Below are positions 17,633 to 32,092 of a DNA stretch of 64,000 nt, piece after piece. Source of the DNA: the human T2T-CHM13v2.0 reference genome, Homo sapiens; assembly GCF_009914755.1 (NCBI RefSeq), contig NC_060939.1, one strand, 5' to 3'. The notes under the pieces were generated by a model. It did no database searches and had not been told where the DNA came from. It saw only the letters and a list, made by a program, of their open reading frames with translations. The number at the start of each line of letters is the position of its first letter. Positions within the stretch are counted from its first letter, which is position 1. The position numbers and the translations under genes were made by a program.

Positions 17633-20600
17633 CTTTGTGGTTTTATGTACCTTTGGTCTTTGATGATGGTGACGTACAAATGGGGTTTTGGTGTGGATGT
17701 TCTTTCTGTTTGTTAGTTTTCCTTCTAACAATCAGGACCTTCAGCTGCAAGTCTGTTGGAGTTTGCTGGAGGTCCACTCCAGACCCTGTTTTACTGGGTA
17801 TCACCAGCGGAGGCTGCAGAACAGCAAATATTGCAGAACGGTAGATGTTGCTGCCTGATCCCTCTTCTGGAAGCTTTGTTTCAGAGGGGCACCTGGCTGT
17901 ATGAGGTGTCAGTCAGCCCCTATTGGGAGGTGTCTCCCAGTTAGGCTACTCGGGGGTCAGGGACCCACTTGAGGAGGCAGTCTGTCCATTCTCAGATCTC
18001 AAACTCCATGCTGGGAGAACCACTACTCTCTTTAAAGCTGTCAGGCAAGGACGTTTAAGTTTGCAGAAGTTTCTGCTGCCTTTTATTCAGCTATGCCGTG
18101 CCCCCAGAGGTGGAGTCTACAGAGGCAGGCAGGCCTCCTTGAGCTGCAGTGGGCTGCACCCACTTTGAACTTCCCGGCCACTTTGTTTACCTACTCAAGC
18201 CTCAGCAATGGCAGATGCCCCTCCCCAAGCCTTGCTCCCACCTTGCAATTGAATCTCAGACTGCTGTGCTAGCAGTGAGCAAGGCTCTGTGGGCATGGGA
18301 CCCTCTGAGCCAGGCACGGGATACAATCTCCTGGTGTGCCGTTTGCTAAGGCCATTGGAAAAGCGCAGTATTAGGGTGGGAGTGTCCCGATTTTCCAGGT
18401 ACCATCTGTCACGGCTTCCCTTTGCTAGGAAAGGGAATTCCCCGACCCCTTGTGCTTCCCGAGTGAGGCGATGCCCCTCCCTGCTCCATGGGCTGCACCC
18501 ACTTTCTGACAAGCCCCAGTGAGAGGAACCCGGTACCTCAGTTGGAAATGCAGAAATCACCCATCTTCTGCGTCGCTCACGCTGGGAGCTACAGACTGGA
18601 GCTGTTCCTATTCGGCCATCTTGGAACCTCTTAACTGTTTTTTGTTTTTTAATCCATTCAGCCAATCTATGTCTTTTGATTGGAGAATTTAGTCCATTTA
18701 CATTCAATGTTATTACTGATAAGTAAGGACTTACTCCTGCCACTTTGCTTTTTTATTTCTGGTTGTTTTGTTGTCTTCTTTTCCTTCTTTCCGTCCTTCC
18801 TGTCTTCCTTTTAGTGAAGGTAATTTTCTCTGGTGGTAAGTTTTAATTTCTTGCTTTTTATTTCTTTATATCTCTGCTGTAGGTTTTTTGATTTGAGGTT
18901 ACCATGAGGCTTGCAAACACTGTCATATAATTCATTATTTTAAACTAATGACAACAATGCTGATTGCATGAACAAGCTAACAAGCAAAGAGAAAACTAAT
19001 AAAAACTCTACACTTTAACTTTCTCCCCTCACTTTTTAACTTTTTGTTTCTGTTTATATCTTATTGTACTGTCTGTCTTGAAACATTGTAGTTATTTTTT
19101 ATCAGTTTATCATTTAGTCTTTCTACTCAAGATACAAGTAGTTTACACACAATTACAGTGTTATGATATTCTGTGTTTTTCTGTGTACTTAATATTACCA
19201 GTAAGTTCTACACCTTCAGATGGTTTCTTATTGCTCATTAATGTCCTTTTCCTTTAGATTGAAGAATTCCCTTTAGCATTTCTTGTAGGACAGGTCTGGT
19301 ATTGATGACATCCTCAGATTTTCTTTGTCTGGGAAAGTCTTTATTTCTCCTTTATGTTTGAAGGATATTTTTGCTGGATATACTATTCTAGAATAAAGGT
19401 TTTTTCCTCAGCACTTTAAATATGTCATGCCACCCTCTCCTGGCCTATAAGGTTTCCACTACAAAGTCTGCTGCCAGACATATTGGAGTTTCATCGTATG
19501 TTGTTTCTTTTCTCTTGCTTTTAGGATCCTTTCTTTACTCTTGACTTTTGGGAGTTTGATTATTAAATGTCTTTAATTTTTGGGAGTTTGATTATTATTT
19601 GGGTTTAACCTTCTTTGTGTTCTATAACCTTCCTGTACTTGAATATTGATATCTTTCTCTAGCTTTGGGAAGTTCTGTTATTATCCCTTTGAATAAACTT
19701 TCTACCTCTATCTCTCTACCTCCTCATTGGGGCCAATAACTCTTAAATTTGCCTTTTTGAGGCTATTTTCTAGATGTTATAGGAATGCTTCATTCTTTTT
19801 TTTTCTTTTGTCTCCTCTGTGTATTTTCGAATAGTCTATCTTCAAGCTCACTAATTCTTTCTTCTGCTTGATCAATTCTGCTGCTAACAGACTCTGACGC
19901 ATTCTTCAGTACATCAATTGCATTTTTCACTTCCAGAATTTCTGTTTGATTCTTTTTAATTATTTAAATCTCTTTGTTAAATTTATCTGATATAATTCTG
20001 AATTCCTTCTCTGTGTTATCTTGATTTTCACTGAGTTTCCTCAAAACAGCTATTCTAAATTCTCTGTCTGAAAGGTCACATGTCTCTGTCTCTCCAGGAT
20101 TGGTCCCTGGTGCCTTATTTAGTTCATTTGGTGAAGTCATGATTTCCTGGATGGTTTTGATGCTTGTGGACGTTTATTGATGTCTGGCCATTGAAGAATT
20201 AGGTATTTATTCTAGTCTTCAGTCTTCGTTTGTTTGTACCCATCTATTTGGGAAGGCTTTCCAGATATTTGAAAGGACTTGAGTGTTGTAATCTAAGTTT
20301 TTGGTCACTCCAGCCAAATCTGTATTAGAGGACACCCCAAGCCCAGTAATGCTGTGGTTCTTGCAGACTTGTAAAGGTACTGCCTTGGTAGTTTTGGATA
20401 AGATCCAGAAAAATTATCTGGTTTAGGAGGCAGAGACTCTTGTTCTCTTCCCTTACTTTCTTCCAAATAAATGAAGTCTCTCTCTGTACTGACCTGCCTG
20501 GGGCTAGGGGAGGGGGAACACAAGCACTCCTGTGGCCATCACCACTGGGATTGTGCTGGGTCAGACCTGAAGCCAGCATGGCCCTGGGTCTTGCCCAAGG

Positions 20601-22059
20601 CTTATAACAGCTGCCTGGCTACTGGCTATGTTTGCTCAAGGCCCTAGGGCTCTACAATAGGCAGGTGGCAAAGCCAGCCAGGCTTGTGTCCTTCCCTCAG
20701 GGTGGTGAGCTTCCCCCCCTTGGGTGGTCCAGAGATGCCATCTGGGAGCCAGGGCCTGGAGTTGGAAACCTTGGGAATCTACCTGGTGCTCTATTCTAAT
20801 GTGGCCTAGCTGGTATCTAAGCCAGAAGACAAAGTCCTTCCCACTCTTCCCTCCCCTTTCCACAAGCGGAGGCATCTCCCCCCATGGCCCCCACTGCCCC
20901 AGGCCTATGGCAAGTACTCCCTGACTACTGCCAGTGCACATTCAAGGCCCCAAGACTCTTCAGTCAGCTTGTGGTGAATACTGCCAGGCGTGGGACTCTC
21001 CCTTCAGGGCAGTGGGCTCCCCTTTGGCCCAGGGTAGGTCCAGAAATGCTGTCTAAGAGCCAAGGCCTGAAATTGGAAACCCGAAGAGCCCACTTGGTTC
21101 TCTACCCCACTGTGGTCAAGCTAGTACCTATGTTGCAGGACAAAGTCCCCTTTATCATTCCCTTTCCTCTTTCCATAGCCACCACAGCTGGGAATGTGCT
21201 GGGTCACACCTGAAGCCAGCATGTCTCTGAGTGCACATCTCTGAGTGATACACTGGATGTCACTGCTGACTATTCAGGGCCCAGGGCCTCTGTAGTCAGC
21301 AGGTGATGAATCCTGCCAGGACTGGGTCCTTCCCTTCAAGGCAGTGGATTCCCTTCTGGCTCAGAGAGTGTCTAGAAATGTTGTCTGAGATCTAGGGCCT
21401 GGAATGGGGGCCTCAAGACTCTGCCTTGTGCCCTTTCTTACTGTGGCTGAGCTGGTATCCAAATTGCAAGATGAAGTCCTCTTCACTTTTCCCTCTTTTC
21501 TCCTCAAGTGGAGGGAAGGATTCTCTCCTGGAGTTGCAAGCTGTGCTGCCAGGGGCTGAGGGAGGTGTGGTACAAGCACTTCCTTGGCCATCCCAACTGA
21601 TGTCTCACTAGGTGTACCCTCCAAGTCCTCTGGCTCCAAGCACAGCACAGGACCAGGACTTGTCCAGGAATTGCAGTCCTTGTGGCCTAGACTTCCGTTC
21701 AAGTTTACTTAGAAACCCAGAGCACTTTAGTCTGCAGTGGTGAGGCTTGCTGGAACTCAGGTTCTGACCACTAGGATGAGCAATTCTCCTCTGTCTAGGG
21801 CTAGTCTAAATGCTCCTTCCATGGGTTCCAGCGGGGTTCTGCCTGGTATTGCTTTCTGCTGTGACAGGGCAGCACTGAGTTTCAATGCAAAGTCCCACAA
21901 TTGCTGCACTCTCCCTCCCCCAAGTGCACAGGTTCTTTCTCCATGCAACATGGCTGCTGCCAGAAGATGGGGAAGGGGTGGTATAGGTGATTCAAGACTG
22001 TCTTTCCTACCCTCTTCAGTGCCTCTTTCTGTGATATGAAATTAAAACCAGGTACTGTG

Positions 22060-22399
<340 letters not shown>

Positions 22400-22563
22400 T
22401 CACCTGGTTTTTGGTTCTTACAAAGGTGCTTTTTTTGTGTATGGATAGTTGTTCAATTTGGTGTTCTTGCAGGGAGGGTGATCAGTGAAGGCTTCTATTC
22501 GGTCATCTTGCTCTGTCTCCTGTTTTTACCAATACTGCTTATCTCATATTAATTTGTCCATTT

Positions 22564-22895
<332 letters not shown>

Positions 22896-24249
22896 CTAGG
22901 AGCATGTGGTGAGCAGGGACAGAGCCTGACTGTCCATTGCACAATGGCTGAACATAGGAGAAGCTGATTAAATACCAGCCTGAAGAGAGGTTGTTCACAT
23001 TCCAAAGGTAGGCAAGAGAGTGAACCCTCTTCTATTACCTGCCCCTTCAAGCTGGAAGGTGTGCATAGAGAACAGGTTATGGGTAAGGGTGTGGAGACAA
23101 CATGCTGGCTGTGTTCCTGGGGCAGTAAGGACCCTGAGCTTGGGAAGGAGTTAACAGAATATAAGCAGGAGAGGAAAGTGAAAATCCATCATGGAGAATG
23201 AAAATCAGGAAGAAAAATGTGGATTTTATATGGTGGGAAACAACACAGAACCAAGAAGCCTCCTCTAAGCTACCAGCTGGATCTTAATTGCATGATCCCC
23301 TCCAGGAGACAGAATGTTCCAGCCAGGAGGCATGCATACCCACATTCTGGCTCCAGGAAACATGTACCCGATCATGAGGTAATCCTTCTGAGTTCCAGCT
23401 ACTCATCACTTCCTGAAGTTGCCCAGGTGGGCCTAGGCCAAGGGACCCACGGGTGGAAGAATCAGAAAGCTCAGGTCCTCACAACTCTAAGGATACCTGG
23501 CCATGGTGGGGACTGGCAGCATCCTCACCTCACATGCATCCAGAGAAAACCCAGACTGTTTCCAGGTAATGGAAAATGTCCAGGTTAGCCCCGGAGCCTC
23601 ACCAGCCCTCGCCAGCAGTTCTACCTAGCAACCAACTCAGCTCTCTGCTGGACAATTTATTAACAGAACTGTACTCACAGGGTTTGTTTTCCTAGTCTAT
23701 GGGGCCCACAACACTGTAACAAAAGTTCTATTTCCTTTTCCTCTATTCTGAGAAGGGGAATAACAATAACAGCTACTATTACCGAGCACCTATTCCATAT
23801 CTGGCACTTAATGCTTCTCTCTAACCCTTACAGCTCTGCCAGGTAGGTATTATTTGCATTGAAGCTGAAAAGCTGAGGTTCAGGTGTATCATGGTACATG
23901 GTAACTCAGCCTGGCTAACTCCAAGCCAGTGCTCTCCCCACCACAGCGAGCTGCCATAAAGGCAAGCCAAACATCACGAACCTGCTGCAGTCATTGGTGC
24001 CTGTTGGGCTCCAGCCACTCCTCCTACCAGACCCATTCAAGAAAAGACAAAGGAGCCCATTTTGAAGCAGCTCTCCTGGAGCCAGCAAAGACACAATAAA
24101 ACAACAAGTTAATTGTCCACAGCAGTACCAGGAAGTCACACAGGTGCAATCAAGGCAGACCATTTCCTGCTGTTACTACCCTGAGGTCCAAAGGCCTGCC
24201 CAGGCCTCACCATCCTTGGTGACCCCCATTTTTACCCTGTGACGCCTCA

Positions 24250-24917
<668 letters not shown>

Positions 24918-25149
24918 TGACAGTGAGCCTAAGGAAGGAGGACCATGCTAAGGGGACTCATAGAAGGTCACCCTATCAGGCAGAGTAGAGTAAGAGCTGG
25001 GGTAGGGACTCATATGGGAACTGAGCTCATGCCCTGGCATAGCCACTGTGAGATAATGGACATGCCAGACCCTCTCTGGGCCAGGGGCACAAGCCAGAAC
25101 TTGGGTGTCATCCAGAACCCTGTCCCCTCCTTCATCTCTACCTCTAATT

Positions 25150-25830
25150 AGGCACCTAATCAATCCTCAGATTGACCTCTGCAAAAGATCTTGACTCTGT
25201 CCTCTCCTCACATCTTACCTAGATTATTGCTTTAGCCTCCTAGCTGAGCCCCAGCCTCCAGGCTGTCTCCAGCCTATCCATCCTCCCAGCCAGAGGGATC
25301 ACTCTGAAACAAGTACATGCTTACCTCACTTCTCTGCTCACCTGAACCCTTATCTCTCAGGGTAAAGTGCAAGCTCCTTGGCTTAGCTCCCAGACCCTTG
25401 TGTCTGCTTCCTGCACTGTTCCTGGCTTCTTCCCCAGCCACTCAGCACACACTTCCCATGCCTGTACTTCCCTGAATGCATTGTGCTGTTTTGTGACCAT
25501 GTATTCTGCTGGCCTTTCTTCCTTATAAGGCCCTTCTCTTCTTCTATTTCCTACCAATCCTTCAGAACTCAACTACATAGCACTTTTTCCAGGGAGCCCT
25601 CTCTGATACCCCGGTTGGACTTAGATGTCCCCTCCTTTAGCCTCCCCACCCACCCTGGGCTTCCTTCTAGCATAGTACTTAGAGTTGCTGGTTTTTCTAT
25701 CTCCTACACTAAGGTTCCTGGAAAAGATGAAGTAATCTCAGACAGGGCCTCAGTGAATTTTGTATCAGCAGCAATACCCAAGCACCCAGCACCATGCTTG
25801 AAAGACCACAGGGATTTCTGGATAGAAAAA
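25150..25830. repeat. L2 relic
   Basis: CAGCCAGAGGGATCACTCTGAAAC...CACTTCTCTGCTC...AGGGTAAAGTGCAAGCTCCTT L2-like motifs. Confidence 0.55.
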
Positions 25831-26456
25831 TGAAGGGATCTCCCCAGCAAACAGGTCATAGAATTGATCAAAGTTAGAGGACTTTACACATTAAGTATCT
25901 GTATAGGCTCATCAGTCTATGCAACTGAGCTCAGTTACTAAGGGAACTGATCCTTCTACTTTGACCACATTCTTGCTTTATGAAGTCCTATGTGGTCACA
26001 GTGAACTCTCTCAGTCCTGAATACCAGTCACCATAAATGATCAGTGGCCCCTACAAGCAGTTTTATGACCACAGTTTGGAGCACAGTAGGGGTTGTGAGT
26101 TGGGGAGGGCAGCCAGTGGTCCCTGGGCTCCAGGATTTACAAGCTCTGGTCAAGGGATGATGGAGGCTGCACTATGAATGGGTCTGGCGAGCCAGCCAAC
26201 TTCAGCAATCCTCCAAACATTTCTAGTTTTTTGTTACTGAAAAGTTCAGTCTTGTGAAAGGTGTTTGGTTTCAAGTTTCCTGTCACTGGTCTACTTATTT
26301 AGAAAGTGTTCCCCCCTGCTCCCTGAAATAAATAAGGTGCCTGAAGTCTGATTTAAGCAGCTTCTTGCAGTCAGCTCCAGTGTGCAGAAAACCTGTTATG
26401 AAAAATGAAACTGAGAAGGTGGACATTTCCGTGGCATCATCTTTCCCATGAGCTCA

Positions 26457-26774
<318 letters not shown>

Positions 26775-27059
26775 TCATGAGGCTGGGCTGATAGGGGCAA
26801 GCCCTCATCCTGACCCCCCAGGGACCTTGTATGGCAGAATCCCCCTGGCTTATTTCTGGGGCTTTGTCTGTCCAGTGCCAGGGACTGACTTTGCTCCTAT
26901 TTGCTTTGTTCTTTCTTTTGGATCACAAGGGCAGGAATCACCCTGGAGGTGTTGTCAGAAGAGCCTCTGCTCCCACTCTAGGCCCTGGTCCCAGTCACCC
27001 TGGAGGTTGCCCTCTCCCCTCCATATGCCTGAGATGGCAGGGGACAAAAACAAGCAGAT

Positions 27060-28947
27060 TATTTAGCCTGAATGTTTGCGTTCCTCCAAGTTCATATTTT
27101 GAAATTCTAACCCCCAAGGTGATGGTATTAGGAGATAGGGCCTTTGGGAAGTAATTAAGTCATGAAGTTAGAGACCTCACAAATGAGATTAGTGCCCTTA
27201 TAAAAGAGACCCCAGAGGGCTTACTTTCCCCTTGCACTATGTGAAGTTACAGTCAAAAGACAGCCATCTATGAGGAAGTGAACCTTCATCTTGATCTTAG
27301 ACTTCCCAGACTCCAGGACTGTGAGAAATAAATTTATGTTGTTTGTCAGCCACCCAGTTTATGGTTATTTTGTTATACAGCAGCCTGAATGAACTGAGAG
27401 AGGAAATTGGTACCAAGTGTGGAGTGCTACTGTAACAGATACCTAAAAATGTGGAAGCTGCTTTGGAATCAGCTAACAAGTAGAGGCTGGAAGAGGTTTG
27501 GGGTGCCAACCAGAAAAAGCCTACATTGCCATGAATGAATGGACTGTAAGGGTGGTCCTGGTGAGGGATCACAAAGAGAGGAGATTCTCAATCTTCTTAG
27601 AGAATACCTAAGTGGCCATCAACAAAATATTTGTAGAAATACAGATGGAAAGGCCATTCTGATAATGTCTCAGATGGATATGAGGAACATGTTACTGGTC
27701 TGGTCAATGGAGGAAAGGGCATCCTTGTTATAAAGTAGCAGAGAACGTGGCTGAATTGTGTGTGTGCCCTAGTGTTTTATAGGAGGCAGAACTTGTAAGC
27801 AATAAAAATGGAATATTTGGCTGAGGAGATTTCTAAGCAAAGTGTTGGAAGAGTGTCCTGGTTCCTCTTGACTACTTAAAGTAAAATGTGAAAAGAAATG
27901 GTTTAAAGACAAAATTGTTACTCAAAGGGAAGAAAGCTTAAAAGTATGCAAAATTCTCAGCCTCCTCATATTGGAAAACATAAGAAAACCTGTTTGGGAA
28001 AGAACAAAGGTATGACCAAGCAACCATTTGATAAAAAGATTAATATGGCTCTCCAGGGAAGCCAGGTGCTATTCATCAAGACAATAAGGGGATTAGTCAG
28101 CCATCTAAACAGAAGCCAGGACCTATTGTCCAAGACAATGGAAGAATAACCCTGAAGTCATTTCAGAGATCGTGGGGGTGAAAAGAGGGGTGTCCCTCCC
28201 ATCACAGATTCATAGTGCCAGAGCTTAGAGGGCAGAATGATATCAAAGGAGGGGCCTCCACTGCCCAGTGCTGCCTCACATTGTGGGCTTTGCTCTCCAA
28301 ACTCTGTTGCCATACTCCTCAGACATACCAGGTGTGGCTCCTGGAGGGCAACAGTGTGGCAAGCTCTGTGCCAAGCAAAGCTGGTGGGTGTGTGGCTGCT
28401 TTCACCTGGATTTCACAAGATGCCTTAGAGAGCTGGTGGGCCCCTGGGCAGAGAACTGCCTTTGGTGTGGGGGCCAATGTTTGGAGAGCAAAGCCTTATG
28501 GGCAGGGTTGCTCAAAGCTGCAGGGGCAAGACCTCCATTCCACCCCCATGGGCCTGGAGGGCAGAGCAATGAGCCAAAGATTCTTCTCAATGTTTTGTAC
28601 TGGCTCAGAACCTGTCACTCCTTTATTCTTTCCCATTCTTCCTTTTAGAATGGGAATGTGTATCCTCTGCCTGTCCCACCATCATATTTTGTAACACGAC
28701 ATGTTTGATGTCATTGGTTCACAGCTGGAGAGCAACTTGCCTCAGAATGAATCATACCTTGAGTCTCACCCACATCTGATTTAGATATTTAGATGAGACT
28801 TTGGACTTTAAACTTTGGAGTTGATGCTGGAATTAATTAAGAGTTTTGGAACTATTGGAATGGAAGGAATGTATTTTACATTTGAAAAGGACATTAATTG
28901 GGGTGGGGGGCAGAGACAGAATGCCAGAGTCTGAATGGACTAAGACA
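27060..28947 (+). mobile_element. MaLR provirus (MLT1A/MSTD-like): 5' LTR, internal region and collapsed 3' LTR
   Basis: LTR at ~27060-27401 (CTGAATGTTTGCGTTCCTCCAAGTTCATATTTTGAAATTCTAACCCCCAAGGTGATGG; AATAAA). Internal region starts GAAATTGGTACC. Polypurine tract at ~28900, then the terminus GGACTAAGACA. Confidence 0.8.
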
Positions 28948-29314
28948 GATGACAAAGAGGAACAAATGCTGTGCCAGAAACTAAAGACCTAGGTTCCATT
29001 CCAGCCTTGCCACTGACCTTGGACAACTCATTTCCCTTCTCCAGGCAGGCCCTGGTTTCATTACCTACAAAAGAAGCAGACTGAGCAAGACAGCCCCAAA
29101 GCCCCCTTTCTTCAATTTTATAAAAGATGGCCCCTTTATGGGGCTCAAGAGAATCTAAGTATGGCCCCTAACTTAAGCATAAGACCCCATTAATTATATT
29201 CATTTTTAAAGACTCTAGAATACTGTTTTTGATGTTTGATACTACTTTTTCACACTCTACATTCTTGCTTCCTATAGTTGATGTGACAGAGCAAAAAAAA
29301 TCTCCCCTGAGATT

Positions 29315-29364
29315 TAGAATTGCCAGATAAAATAGGTTTTTACTTGCTAAATCTGGCAACCCTA
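29315..29364. mobile_element. Internally deleted MER53-like MITE
   Basis: Inverted termini TTGCCAGAT / ATCTGGCAA(CCCTA) only ~20 nt apart. Confidence 0.55.
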
Positions 29365-29381
29365 CTTGGGCTTATTTATCC

Positions 29382-30268
29382 TGTCAACAAAAAGAGTCAA
29401 ACTCTGTAAAATATTTAAAGATGTTTATTCTGAGCCAAATATGAGTGCTCAAGACCCATGACACAGTCCCAGAAGGTCCTCAGAACATGTGCCCAAGGTA
29501 GTTGGGTAACAGCTTGATTTTATACATTTTAGGGGGACAGAAGTTACAGGCAGAATCAATAAATCTAAGGTGTACATTGGTTCCATCTGGAAAAGTGGAA
29601 CAACTTGAAGGTGAGGATAGGGGGTTGGGAGGGCTTCTAGGTCACAGGTGGATTTTCTGATTGGCAATTGGTTATTATTGAAAGACCTGGAATCAATAGA
29701 AAAGAGTGTCTGAGTTAAGACAAGGGTTATGGAGACCAAGGTTTTTATTATGTAGATGAAGTCTCACAGGTGGCTGCCCTTGGAGGCAATAGATGGCAAA
29801 TGTTTACTATTCATATTCTTAAAAGGTGCTAGACTCTCAGCTAATCTCTTCAGGATCAGAAAAAGACATGGAAAGGAACAGAGATTCTCCACAGAATATA
29901 GATTTTTCCCACAAGAGTCAGCTTTGCAGGGCCATTTCAAAATATGTCAAAAGATTTATTAGGGTAAAATACTTCTATTTCTTTCAGGGCCTGCTATTTG
30001 TCATGTGATGTTATAGTAGAGTCAGGTTGGAATTTATTATCTTATTGCTGCAAAGAGTCTGTTTTGTTAGGCTTAAGTTCACTGTTTTCATATTAATGCT
30101 GGTCACTTGTGCCCGAATTTAAATGGGCAGAGAGTATAATGAGGCATGTCCAACCCCTCTTCCCACCATGGCCTGAAAGTTTTTCAGGTTTACTTTGGAA
30201 TCTCCTTGGCTGAGAGAGGGGTCTATTCAGTTGGTTGAGGGGGCTTAGAATTTAATTTTTGGTTTACA
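29382..30268 (-). mobile_element. ERV1 solo LTR (MER4 family-like)
   Basis: TG...CA termini (TGTCAACAAAAAGAGTCAAACTCTGTAAAATATTT...TTTGGTTTACA) with an exact 4-bp TSD ATCC at 29378-29381 and 30269-30272. Confidence 0.82.
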
Positions 30269-30751
30269 ATCCTCTGACAGAAGCTGGGGTATCCAGCCAG
30301 CATGTGCTCCACTGGGGCTGAAATAAAGCCATGGGCCCAAAGGGAAAGATCTCAGGAAGGGTTCTAGGCCAAGGGATCCAGGACCTTGGGATCACTTGGA
30401 GAACTTGTTTTAAAATGCAGATTTCCAGATCCCACCATAGACTTTAACAAATTAGATTCTCCAGCAGTGAGGCCTTAAAACCTGTATTTTTACTATAACA
30501 ACATAATAATAGCAATTAATATTCATTGAACACATACTCTATGTTACATGCCTTATGCACATTATCTCATTTAATCATCACAATATCCTATGATCTAAGG
30601 ACTAACATTTTTCTATTTCACACTTAAAGAAACAAAGGCTCAGAGAGGTTAAGCAACTTGCCCACAGTCCCATAGCTAGTAAATAGAGTCAGGATTCAAA
30701 CCCAAGCAGAACAGCTCTCAACCACTACAGCATACTGAGTATTGCAGATGA

Positions 30752-31055
<304 letters not shown>

Positions 31056-31324
31056 CAGATGATTCTTATATGGCTAAAATGGCTCCAACCCAACTTTGGG
31101 GATCATTCCCTGCCCCCTAGTCCATCCTAAATAAAGAACATCAAAATCTTCTTTTCTCCTTTCTTTAAACATTTCCAGAAGCACACCTGGACCCACTCAA
31201 TAATCTTAGCATCATGAAAAGTAGAACAACCGGACATAAAATAGTGACATAGAAAGTACACAGCAACACCTATGATATGCTGTGACTTACAAAATGGAAC
31301 CTAAATCCGCTTAAGCCTCTTGTT

Positions 31325-32092
31325 CAGCACTATCAACAGAACTTTCTGCAATGATGAAAATGTTCTAGATATGTGCTGTCCAATAGAGTAGCCACTAGTC
31401 ACATGTGGTTACTGAGCACTTGCAATGTGGCTAGTGTAATAGAGGAATTGAATTTTAACTTTTATTTAATTTTAATTAATTCTAATTTAAAAACTGAAGT
31501 GGTATAAAATATTTTCCATTAAATACAACTTTATTGTTTCAGTAGAATTGCATTTCACTTTAACCGTTGCATTGCTTTGCGTAAGAATTGAAATGTGGGC
31601 TGGGCACAGTGGCTCACACCTGTAATCTCAGCACTTTGGGAGGCTGAGGCAGGCAGATCACTTGAGCCCAGAAGTTCAAGACCAGCCTGGGCAACATAGT
31701 GAGACACTGTCTCTACAAAAAAAAAAAACTTAGCTGGGCATGGTGATGTGCACCTGTAGTTCCAGCTACTTAGGAGGTTGAGAGGATCACCTGAGGTCGA
31801 GGCTGTAGTGAGCCGTGATTGTGCCATTGCACCCTGGGCAACAGAGTGAGATTCGGTCTCAAAAACAAACAAACAAACAAAAAAACAGGTTGAGATGTGC
31901 TGTAAGTATAAAATTCACACTGGATTTTGAAGACTTAGTTTGAAAAATAGAATGTAAAATATCTCATTAATAATTTTAAATAAAAATATTATTAAAATCA
32001 ATTCACCTATTTCTTTTTGTTTAGTCAGTGTGGCAACTAGGAAATTTAAAATTATGTATGTGGTTCACATTACATTTCTATTGGACAGTGCC
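31325..32092. mobile_element. hAT-Charlie DNA transposon remnant (Charlie5/MER3/MER33-like) interrupted by an Alu
   Basis: MER3-like left end (CAGCACTATCAACAGAACTTTCTGCAATGATG...AGCCACTAGTCACATGTGG) and MER33-like right end (...TTTCTATTGGACAGTGC). Confidence 0.72.
31597..31886 (+). repeat. AluJ inside the Charlie remnant
   Basis: Dimeric Alu with an (AAAC)n tail; flanks TTGAAATGTG / TTGAGATGTG. Confidence 0.85.

Noticed and set aside
22936-22945. Isolated C/EBP-like ATTGCACAAT
   Set aside because: A single motif with no supporting cluster.
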